A stretch of 60,036 bases of DNA from Acidobacteriota bacterium (GTDB lineage Bacteria > Acidobacteriota > Aminicenantia > UBA2199), in contig JAHIKI010000049.1 of NCBI GenBank assembly GCA_018897435.1, forward strand, positions 1 through 60,036. The letters run 5' to 3'. Each line of letters starts with the position of its first letter. The stretch's first letter is position 1. The notes beneath the pieces are model-generated. The model was not told where the DNA came from and did no database searches. It saw only the letters and a program-made list of their open reading frames with translations. The position numbers and the translations under genes are program-made. Below are positions 52,920-59,672 of this stretch, piece by piece.

Positions 52920-53054
52920 GGGAAGAGAGAGGGAAGAATTAGGGAAGAAAAAGGGAAGAGAGAGTAAGAAAGAAGAAGTTAATTGAAATTTTATCTTATT
53001 CTTACTTTGTCTTCCCTCATTTTTCCTTCTGCATTTCCCTCCTTCTTCCCTAAG
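52917..53054. repeat. heptad-periodic hairpin element E14a (GGGAAGA type), complete hairpin upstream of a 4HB gene
   Basis: Left arm GGGAAGA GAGAGGG AAGAATT AGGGAAG AAAAAGG GAAGAGA GAGTAAG AAAGAAG starts on the GNAT stop codon. Right arm is CTTACTTTGTCTTCCCTCATTTTTCCTTCTGCATTTCCCTCCTTCTTCCCTAAGG. Confidence 0.85.
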
Positions 53055-53065
53055 GAAAGGTTTCT

Positions 53066-53455
53066 ATGAATTGGAGAGATTTGCAAGTTTGGAAAAAGTC
53101 ACATTTATTGACCAAGCAAATTTATCAAATTACAAGGGGTTTTCCGAAAGAAGAAAGGTATGGATTGACCTCACAGATTCAAAGAGCTGCCTATTCTGTT
53201 CCACTCAATATCGTTGAAGGGCATAGCAGGAAAACTGCAAGGGAGTTTTTGCAGTATTTAAATATTGCACGTGGTTCCTTAGAAGAGTTACGGTATTTAT
53301 TGATGCTTGGATGTGAAATAGATTACATTTCGATTCCTGACAGGGAGAATTTGGAGAGTGCGGCCGCTGAGGTCTGTATCATGCTCGATGCCTTGATCAA
53401 ATCCTTGCAAAGAGGGAAAGCAAATCGAAGGAAAGTAGAGATATCGAAAAGTTAA
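53066..53455 (+). CDS. four-helix-bundle protein (23S rRNA intervening-sequence protein / Avd family), copy 1
   Basis: Family motifs L.VW, FPKEERYGLTSQIQRAAYSVPLNIVEG, EF..YL.IARGSLEEL. 129 aa. Confidence 0.9.
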   Translation: MNWRDLQVWKKSHLLTKQIYQITRGFPKEERYGLTSQIQRAAYSVPLNIVEGHSRKTAREFLQYLNIARGSLEELRYLLMLGCEIDYISIPDRENLESAAAEVCIMLDALIKSLQRGKANRRKVEISKS

Positions 53456-53463
53456 TGTATTCG

Positions 53464-53523
53464 CTTTTTCCTACTACTTCTTCCCTCATTCTTCCCTCCG
53501 GCTTTCCCTTTCTCTTCCCTTAA
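53464..53523. repeat. E14b: second GGGAAGA-type right arm downstream of 4HB copy 1
   Basis: CTTTTTCCTACTACTTCTTCCCTCATTCTTCCCTCCGGCTTTCCCTTTCTCTTCCCTTAA is about three-quarters identical by eye to the right arm at 52995-53054. Confidence 0.8.
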
Positions 53524-53537
53524 TTTATAATATTCAA

Positions 53538-53810
53538 ATGAGGACTTTTCACTACATCATATCCGGAAGGGTGCAGGGCGTATGCTTCCGTCACTACACG
53601 ATAAAAGAGGCTGAAAAATGGGGCATTTCCGGCACTGTCCGGAACCTGTCCAGCGGCGATGTCGAGGTTTTTGCCCAGGGAGACGATCCGGCTATTGCCC
53701 AATTTGAGTCATTTATACACATCGGCCCCAGGTCGGCTAATGTAGAAAAAGTGGAACGGGAAGTTCTGGATATCCAGGAAATTTTCAGGGGATTCGACAT
53801 AAGTTGGTAG
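53538..53810 (+). CDS. acyP: acylphosphatase
   Basis: 90 aa with the signature GRVQGVCFRHYT...GTVRN. TATAAT at 53526-53531 lies 6 nt before the ATG. Confidence 0.9.
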   Translation: MRTFHYIISGRVQGVCFRHYTIKEAEKWGISGTVRNLSSGDVEVFAQGDDPAIAQFESFIHIGPRSANVEKVEREVLDIQEIFRGFDISW

Positions 53811-54033
53811 AGCTTGGCAGTGGATTTCTCCCTTTTTCAGCATGATTTTTGTAAAAGGTGTGTAAAATGACGAAAATTGGCTATTGCATTGACAATCCCG
53901 GTTGGGTATGTTATTGAAATAAGTGTTTTTTGGAGGTTGCAAAGGGACTATACTCATTTTGAACACCATCTTACCTCCAACCGCTTTTTCGCCTGCCTCG
54001 CTGGAAGCCCGCAAGGGTCAGCGGCGGCAGCTT

Positions 54034-54114
54034 AGTTTGAAGAAAGTAATTAGTTAAGAAAATAAAATGCTACGAAGAAAGTGATTAGTGATTAGTGATG
54101 AGTGATTAGAAAAG
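54034..54114. repeat. E15a: AGTAATT-type arm plus GTGATTA-type left arm upstream of 4HB copy 2
   Basis: AGTTTGAAGAAAGTAATTAGTTAAGAAAA is followed by AGTGATT AGTGATT AGTGATG AGTGATT AGAAAAG (54080-54114). Confidence 0.8.
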
Positions 54115-54115
54115 A

Positions 54116-54568
54116 ATAAACCGATCAATAATGATACAAGGCCACCGAGATCTGAATGTTTGGAAAAGAAGTATGGAACTGGTTGAGGATCTCTATCAAT
54201 GTACTAAGGACTTTCCGAAAGAGGAAATTTATTCCCTGACTTCCCAAATTCGCCGTTCTGTCGTTTCGATACCCAGTAATATTGCTGAAGGAGCTGCCCG
54301 AAATTCAAAAAAGGAATTTATCCAGTTTCTCCACATTGCCCTCGGGTCCACCTCAGAACTTGAAACTCAATTGATCATCTCGGGTCGACTGGGATATCTG
54401 AAAGAAACTTCTGGGCATCTGAACAAATTGGATGAAATCAAAAAAATGCTGCTGGGCCTCTTGTCATTTGTCAAAAAGAACAAATAAAAAATTGTCATAT
54501 GCATTTTCTCTTCACTCAGCACTCTTTCTCATCACTAATCACTCATCACGCATCACTTATAACCGATC
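54116..54568 (+). mobile_element. candidate insertion cassette (4HB gene plus one right arm) bounded by the direct repeat ATAA(A)CCGATC inside a hairpin loop
   Basis: ATAAACCGATC lies at 54116-54126 and ATAACCGATC at 54559-54568. Removing the interval leaves a canonical left arm-loop-right arm element. Confidence 0.35.
54131..54487 (+). CDS. four-helix-bundle protein (23S rRNA IVS protein / Avd family), copy 2
   Basis: DLNVWKRS, FPKEEIYSLTSQIRRSVVSIPSNIAEGAAR, EFIQFLHIALGSTSELETQL. 118 aa. Confidence 0.9.
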   Translation: MIQGHRDLNVWKRSMELVEDLYQCTKDFPKEEIYSLTSQIRRSVVSIPSNIAEGAARNSKKEFIQFLHIALGSTSELETQLIISGRLGYLKETSGHLNKLDEIKKMLLGLLSFVKKNK

Positions 54569-54620
54569 GAGGACTTATGTATTTTCTCATCACTCATCAC
54601 TCATCACTTATCACTTATAA
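54504..54620. repeat. E15b: two GTGATGA-type right arms downstream of 4HB copy 2
   Basis: CTTTCTCATCACTAATCACTCATCACGCATCACTT, then the linker ATAACCGATCGAGGACTTATGT, then ATTTTCTCATCACTCATCACTCATCACTTATCACTTATAAT. Confidence 0.85.
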
Positions 54621-54632
54621 TGGAGTGCACTA

Positions 54633-56261
54633 ATGTCCAAACTAATCTCGACCTCCCCCAACGGTACCGAATACTCGCTGCCGCAACCCTCAGACTACGA
54701 CCGCGAGTTTCAGCGTGTGAAAGCGCTGGTCGACGAATCTCGTGCCAAAGGCATGGAAATCGTAATAGTCCTGGGCGTGGGTTTCGTCGGCGCCGTCATG
54801 GCCGCCATTGTTGCCGATGTAACGGACAAGAAGGGCAAACCGACGAAATTCGTCATCGGCGTGCAGCGTCCCTCTACGCGCAGCTTCTGGAAGATCCCCA
54901 CCTTGAACCGGGGCATCTCGCCGGTCAAGGCCGAGGACCCCGAGGTCGACCCGCTGATCCGCCGCACCGTGCTGGAGAAGAAGACTCTGCTGGCCACCTA
55001 CAACGACGAGGTCCTCACCCTGGCCGACGTGGTGGTGGTCGACGTCCAGCTCGATTTCCAGAAAAGCGAGCTGGGCAACTGCCGCACGGGTGAGGTAGAG
55101 ATGGCCGCCCTGGAAGAGTCGTTCGAGACCATCGCCAGACGCGTGCCGGCTGAGTGCCTGGTGCTGATCGAAACCACGGTGGCGCCCGGCACGACCGAAC
55201 AAATAGCCCTGCCCGTCATGCGCAAGATCTTCCGCCAGCGCGGCATCCAATCCGACCCGCTGCTGGCCCACTCCTACGAGCGCGTCATGCCCGGCCGTCA
55301 GTACGTGGCCTCGATCCGCGACTTCTGGCGCGTCTGCAGCGGCGTCAGCCCCGAGGCCCGCGCCCGCGTGGAAAAGTTCCTCAACGAAGTCATTCATACC
55401 GACGAATTTCCCCTGACCGTGCTCGACCGCCCCATCGAGTCTGAGACGGCCAAGATCGTGGAAAACTCCTACCGCGCCACCATCCTGGCCTTCCTGGACG
55501 AATGGTCGCTCTTTGCCGAGCGCAACGGCGTGGACATCGGCAAGGTCATCAAGGCCATCAAGGTGCGGCCGACCCACAGCAACATGATCTTCCCCGGCCC
55601 GGGCATCGGAGGTTACTGCCTGCCCAAGGACGGCGGCCTGGGCGTCTGGGCCTATAAACATGTTTTCGGCTTCGAGGACGACATTTTCAAGATCACGCCC
55701 CGGGCCATCGACATCAACGATACCCGCGCCTTGCACGCCGCCCAATTGGTGCGCGACGCCCTGCGCAACATGAGCATCCCCGTGGCCGGCGCCGAAGTCC
55801 TGGTCTGCGGCGCTTCCTATCGCGAGGACGTCGGGGACACCCGCTATTCCGGCTCAGAAGTATTGGTGCGCCGCCTTTCTGAAATAGGAGCCGAGATCCG
55901 CGTCCACGACCCCTATGTCGAGCGTTGGTGGGAGTTCGAAAAACAGGACGAGTATCCTGTGCAAGGCAAGGAGAAATTCTTCCGCAACCAAAAGAAACTC
56001 AAATCTCTGCAGGTGCAGAAGGACCTGGCCAAGGCTCTTCCCGGCTGCGACGCCCTGGTGCTCGCCGTCCGCCACGAAGAATATCTCGATTTAGTGCCCG
56101 CTGATATCGTCAAGCTCGCGGGAAAGCCTATTGCTGTTATTGATTGCTTCCTGATCTTAAGCGACGAAAAGATCAAGGAATACCTTGCCCTTGGCTGCGA
56201 GGTCAAAGGGCTGGGTAGGGGACATATAAAGAGATTGAAAGAGGAGTTGAAGAATAAATAG
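54633..56261 (+). CDS. nucleotide-sugar dehydrogenase (UDP-glucose/GDP-mannose dehydrogenase family, WbpA/WecC-like, long form)
   Basis: Rossmann GVGFVGAVMA, catalytic Cys region GGYCLPKD and a C-terminal UDP-binding domain. It is 542 aa with N- and C-terminal extensions. Confidence 0.85.
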   Translation: MSKLISTSPNGTEYSLPQPSDYDREFQRVKALVDESRAKGMEIVIVLGVGFVGAVMAAIVADVTDKKGKPTKFVIGVQRPSTRSFWKIPTLNRGISPVKAEDPEVDPLIRRTVLEKKTLLATYNDEVLTLADVVVVDVQLDFQKSELGNCRTGEVEMAALEESFETIARRVPAECLVLIETTVAPGTTEQIALPVMRKIFRQRGIQSDPLLAHSYERVMPGRQYVASIRDFWRVCSGVSPEARARVEKFLNEVIHTDEFPLTVLDRPIESETAKIVENSYRATILAFLDEWSLFAERNGVDIGKVIKAIKVRPTHSNMIFPGPGIGGYCLPKDGGLGVWAYKHVFGFEDDIFKITPRAIDINDTRALHAAQLVRDALRNMSIPVAGAEVLVCGASYREDVGDTRYSGSEVLVRRLSEIGAEIRVHDPYVERWWEFEKQDEYPVQGKEKFFRNQKKLKSLQVQKDLAKALPGCDALVLAVRHEEYLDLVPADIVKLAGKPIAVIDCFLILSDEKIKEYLALGCEVKGLGRGHIKRLKEELKNK

Positions 56262-56347
56262 CTCGATGTTCAACGTTAAAGAAAAGACAAAACCAATTGT
56301 AGGTACGTTTGGCATACGCATAGCAGTTCGATTCTTAAACTAATTTC

Positions 56348-56376
56348 TTGCATAAAATGTGGAAATGAACTATAAT
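56348..56376 (+). promoter_or_regulatory. sigma70-type promoter TTGCAT-17-TATAAT
   Basis: TTGCAT at 56348-56353 and TATAAT at 56371-56376, upstream of the ATG at 56394. Confidence 0.55.
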
Positions 56377-56393
56377 AAATCATAATTTGAAGA

Positions 56394-56663
56394 ATGCACA
56401 ATCCTGAAATAACCAAATTCATCCACGAACACAGCCAGTATTTCTGGTATACCCCGGAGACTGAAAAGGAAAACATCAGCCCGGAATTGCTGCTGGAAAC
56501 CATATTGAATGATGGCGACATGGATGCCGTTCGCGAACTTTTCAAGGTCATGGGCATAAAAAACGCGGCCAGCGTGTTTTTCAGTGCTGCCGGCAGAAAA
56601 AAAATGAATTACTATCCCGAAATTTATCATTTCTTTTCACTGCTTTTCAAACGCCATGCATAA
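56394..56663 (+). CDS. small protein, putative partner (antitoxin?) of the downstream nucleotidyltransferase
   Basis: 89 aa. It overlaps the downstream AbiEii-like gene by 8 nt and has its own consensus promoter. I recognise no family. Confidence 0.5.
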   Translation: MHNPEITKFIHEHSQYFWYTPETEKENISPELLLETILNDGDMDAVRELFKVMGIKNAASVFFSAAGRKKMNYYPEIYHFFSLLFKRHA

Positions 56664-57270
56664 GGAAATCCTCAACACCGATCAGCTTGAGCTACTGGCG
56701 CTGGTGAGGAATTTTAAGCCCGAATTTTTCCTGGTGGGCGGCACGGCCATAGCCCTTCATATCGGTCACCGCCGTTCCAATGATTTCGATCTTTTTAAAA
56801 ACGGCGAATTGCGCCACAAAAAAATACTCGATACCGTAAAAACACACGGATTTCCGGTTCAGGTCACCCGCCGGGTAAGCGAACAGTTGAACCTGACAAT
56901 TAGTGGAGTGAAATTCACGTTTTTCGATTATCCTTTTCCCATAAAACCTGTTTGCGTGTTTGAAAACGTGATCGAACTTCCCGATATTTTGACTTTGGCG
57001 GCGATGAAGGCCTATGCTTTGAGCCGGCGTTCCAAGTGGAAGGATTACGTCGATCTGTATTTTATCATCAGGCACCATCATTCAATCGCAGAGATTTCCG
57101 CCAAAGCCGGCGCTATTTTCGGCGAACTTTTCTCGGAAAAAATGTTCCGGGCCCAATTGAGCTTTTTCGAAGACATCGACTTTACCGAGCCTTTGGAATA
57201 TTTGCCGCCCGCTGTTCCGGAAACTGTAATAAGGGAGTTCCTTGTCGAAAGGGCCACGGCGGTGATTTAG
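56656..57270 (+). CDS. nucleotidyltransferase, AbiEii/AbiGii toxin family (type IV TA-like)
   Basis: 204 aa. GGTAIALHIGHRRSNDFDLF matches the family's G-G-T-A...R.S.D.D nucleotidyltransferase core. Confidence 0.7.
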   Translation: MHKEILNTDQLELLALVRNFKPEFFLVGGTAIALHIGHRRSNDFDLFKNGELRHKKILDTVKTHGFPVQVTRRVSEQLNLTISGVKFTFFDYPFPIKPVCVFENVIELPDILTLAAMKAYALSRRSKWKDYVDLYFIIRHHHSIAEISAKAGAIFGELFSEKMFRAQLSFFEDIDFTEPLEYLPPAVPETVIREFLVERATAVI

Positions 57271-57302
57271 CCGGGATGAAAAGTAATTGAGAGAAAAAGT
57301 TA

Positions 57303-57491
57303 ATGCGCAATTCAAAACTAATTGCTAAAAAAAAAGAAAGGGAGATCCTGAAGTTGAGCAGGCTGACGCCGGAGGAACGGCTGAAAGAACAGGTAAAACT
57401 TAATGTCCGCATCAAAGAACTATTCTTTGCCGGCTTGAGCAGCAAGGGATTTTCCCGGACTGAGATCATCCGCTTGTGGAAGACAAAATGA
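57303..57491 (+). CDS. small basic protein, putative partner of the downstream nucleotidyltransferase
   Basis: 62 aa. Its stop overlaps the ATG at 57488 (ATGA). Confidence 0.4.
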   Translation: MRNSKLIAKKKEREILKLSRLTPEERLKEQVKLNVRIKELFFAGLSSKGFSRTEIIRLWKTK

Positions 57492-58024
57492 ACAAAACCA
57501 ATTTAGCGAAGATACTCAAGGCCTTTCACCTACTGAAGATCCCCTTTGCCTTGGCCGGCGGCCATGCTGTCGCGGCCTGGGGAGTTGTGCGCGCCACCCG
57601 GGATATCGACTTCCTGGCCGATGCCGCAGGCGAGCTGGCGGCCAAACTGGTCCTTGAGTTGAAAAAAGCCGGTTTTAGCCTCGTTTTCCGTAAGGGTGAC
57701 GAAGCAGATCCTCTGCGGGGAGTGATCCATGTGGAAATGAAAGGTTCTGCTGACGATGAGCTTGTGGACATCGTCCTGGGCATCCGGAACATGCCTCAGG
57801 GTATTTTCGAGCGATCTCTTGCGCTTGATTTTCTAGGCCTTGAGATCCCCACCGTTGCTCCCGAAGACATGATTATTCTCAAGTGCCTGGCCGGCGGTCC
57901 AATCGACCTGGAGGATGCGCGATCAATCCTTTTCATAATGAAGAAGCGTCTGGACATGAAATACTTAGAGCGAGAGTTGAAGCGCTGCCGGATTTCGCTG
58001 CAAAAGCTGGAACAAGGAAGATGA
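57488..58024 (+). CDS. nucleotidyltransferase-fold protein (MNT/DUF6036-like)
   Basis: FALAGGHAVAAWGVVRATRDIDFL is a minimal nucleotidyltransferase motif. An alternative start lies at 57476. Confidence 0.6.
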   Translation: MNKTNLAKILKAFHLLKIPFALAGGHAVAAWGVVRATRDIDFLADAAGELAAKLVLELKKAGFSLVFRKGDEADPLRGVIHVEMKGSADDELVDIVLGIRNMPQGIFERSLALDFLGLEIPTVAPEDMIILKCLAGGPIDLEDARSILFIMKKRLDMKYLERELKRCRISLQKLEQGR

Positions 58025-58164
58025 GAAAATGAGTAAATGTGGCAATCGCAATAGAATAGAACTATTGCTGTTCTCTTTTTTCATTTACCCTTCTACCCAT
58101 CTACCCTTTTACCCATTTACTTCTTTTCTCATCAACTCATCTACCCATTTACCCATCTACAAGG
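58020..58164. repeat. heptad-periodic hairpin element E16 (GGGTAGA type, short left arm and long right arm)
   Basis: The left arm GATGAGAAAATGAGTAAATGTGG covers the stop codon. The loop contains the hairpin GCAATAGAATAGAACTATTGC. The right arm has 11 heptads, TCATTTA CCCTTCT ACCCATC TACCCTT TTACCCA ... Confidence 0.8.
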
Positions 58165-58174
58165 ATAAATTTTT

Positions 58175-59140
58175 ATGACAAAAACTGCTAAAAACTTCGC
58201 TCTCACCGGCGCTGCAGGCTATGTTGCTCCCCGCCATCTCCAGGCGATCCATGATACCGGTAACACTTTGGTCGCCGCTCTCGACCGTTCTGATTCGGTC
58301 GGCATTTTAGACCGTTTCTTTCCTAAAGCCAACTTTTTTACGGAGTTTGAGCGGTTCGACAGGCATATCGAGAAGTTGAGACGGCTGGGAGAGGGGAATC
58401 GCATCGACTATGTGTCGATTTGTGCTCCCAACTACCTTCATGACGCCCACATCCGCTTTGCCCTGCGTGTGGGAGCGGACGCGATTTGTGAAAAGCCGCT
58501 GGTGCTCAATCCCTGGAATATTGACGCATTACGGGAAATGGAGGAGGAGACGGGGCGCAGGGTGTGGACTGTTCTGCAATTGCGGCTCCATCCCGCCTTG
58601 AGAGAACTCAAGAAACAGGTTGAGCAAGCTCCTGACGGGAAAAAGCATGAAATCGACCTGACCTATATCACCTCCCGGGGGAGTTGGTATGCTGTCTCCT
58701 GGAAGGGAGATATCGAAAAATCCGGAGGGATCGCCACCAATATAGGCGTCCACTTTTTCGACATGTTGCTCTGGATATTCGGGCCATTAATCCGACTGGA
58801 GGTCCATCTGTCCACCCCGGAGAAGGCTGCCGGATTCATGGAATTGTCCAAAGCTCGGGTGCGTTGGTTTCTGTCGCTTGCTGCGGACGATCTCCCCGTC
58901 GGGTTCCTGGAGGCTAAGAAGTGCACCTATCGCAGCTTGACCGTAAATGGAAAGGAGACGGAATTCTCTGAAGGCTTCACAGACCTGCATACCGCTGTCT
59001 ATCGGGAGACATTGGGCGGCCGGGGCTTCGGCCTTGAAGATTCCCGCCCATCGATCCAGGTCGTCCACGATATCCGCCATGCAGTGCCAGTTGGTCTGAA
59101 AGGGGAGTATCATCCAATGGCGAAGATCGTGAAAGGGTAG
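58175..59140 (+). CDS. wbpB: UDP-N-acetyl-2-amino-2-deoxy-D-glucuronate oxidase (WbpB-like, Gfo/Idh/MocA family)
   Basis: Long collinear matches to P. aeruginosa WbpB as I recall it: NFALTGAAGYVAPRH, YVSICAPNYLH, DLTYITSRGSWY, TNIGVHFFDML, EFSEGFTDLHT. Confidence 0.8.
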   Translation: MTKTAKNFALTGAAGYVAPRHLQAIHDTGNTLVAALDRSDSVGILDRFFPKANFFTEFERFDRHIEKLRRLGEGNRIDYVSICAPNYLHDAHIRFALRVGADAICEKPLVLNPWNIDALREMEEETGRRVWTVLQLRLHPALRELKKQVEQAPDGKKHEIDLTYITSRGSWYAVSWKGDIEKSGGIATNIGVHFFDMLLWIFGPLIRLEVHLSTPEKAAGFMELSKARVRWFLSLAADDLPVGFLEAKKCTYRSLTVNGKETEFSEGFTDLHTAVYRETLGGRGFGLEDSRPSIQVVHDIRHAVPVGLKGEYHPMAKIVKG

Positions 59141-59305
59141 ATGGGTAGAAGGGTAGACGAGTAGACGGGAAAACGAGTAGACGAGTAGACGAGAAAACGA
59201 GAAGACGGGGAGCCGCAAAGTTCGATCTATTGAATTTTTCTCTTCTCTCATTCACTCGTACACTCGTTCACCGTTCCACCCTTCCACTCATTTACTCTAT
59301 TACCT
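59135..59305. repeat. heptad-periodic hairpin element E17 (GGGTAGA/GAGTAGA type) upstream of 4HB copy 3
   Basis: Left arm GGGTAGA TGGGTAG AAGGGTA GACGAGT AGACGGG AAAACGA GTAGACG AGTAGAC GAGAAAA CGAGAAG ACGGGGA covers the wbpB stop codon. The loop is CCGCAAAGTTCGATCTATTG. The right arm is TTCTCTTCTCTCATTCACTCGTACACTCGTTCACCGTTCCACCCTTCCACTC. Confidence 0.85.
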
Positions 59306-59309
59306 TAAA

Positions 59310-59672
59310 ATGATCGAACAAGTAAAAACCCACAAAGACCTAGACGTTTGGAAATTAGGTCTGGCATTTGTAAAAGATATCTATGTGGCTACCAAGAAAT
59401 TTCCACCTGAAGAAATGTATGGATTGACTTCGCAATTACGACGAGCAGCAGTTTCCGTCCCTACAAATATTGCCGAAGGTGCTGCAAAAAATACGAGGAA
59501 AGATTTCGTCAAATTTTTATATATCTCTTTGGGATCTCTCGCAGAGATCGAGACTTTACTATATATTTCTGAGTCGCTTAATTATTGTGAAATATCTTCA
59601 TTGATGGATTCAAGCACTCGAATTAGAATGAAGTTATTGAATTTGATTAAGTATCAAAAAAGTAAAATATGA
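59310..59672 (+). CDS. four-helix-bundle protein (23S rRNA IVS protein / Avd family), copy 3
   Basis: DLDVWKLG, FPPEEMYGLTSQLRRAAVSVPTNIAEGAAK, DFVKFLYISLGSLAEIETLL. 120 aa. Confidence 0.9.
   Translation: MIEQVKTHKDLDVWKLGLAFVKDIYVATKKFPPEEMYGLTSQLRRAAVSVPTNIAEGAAKNTRKDFVKFLYISLGSLAEIETLLYISESLNYCEISSLMDSSTRIRMKLLNLIKYQKSKI

Noticed and set aside
53867-53917. 16-codon peptide MTKIGYCIDNPGWVCY as a leader or RiPP-like ORF
   Set aside because: It is too short and has no SD, no neighbouring maturation genes and no assessable conservation.
53709-54014. 101-aa minus-strand ORF overlapping the acyP 3' end
   Set aside because: It overlaps acyP antisense, shows no domain signal and has an odd composition.
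53930-54030. SRP (4.5S) or 6S RNA in the acyP-4HB spacer
   Set aside because: The GNRA-capped stem lacks the conserved SRP domain IV sequence (GGAA/AGCA symmetric loops) as I recall it. The region is also too short and unlike the 6S architecture.
58787-59255. Minus-strand ORFs 58787-59251 and 58977-59255, and likewise 59634-59870 and 59647-59976, with SRLLVYSF-type repeats
   Set aside because: Their repetitive peptides are simply translations of heptad arms or overlap wbpB antisense. They have no start context or domain signal.
53066-59672. Genuine 23S rRNA intervening sequences
   Set aside because: No 23S rRNA sequence flanks any of the three 4HB genes, which lie between protein-coding genes. 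Only the stem-ORF-stem layout is shared.
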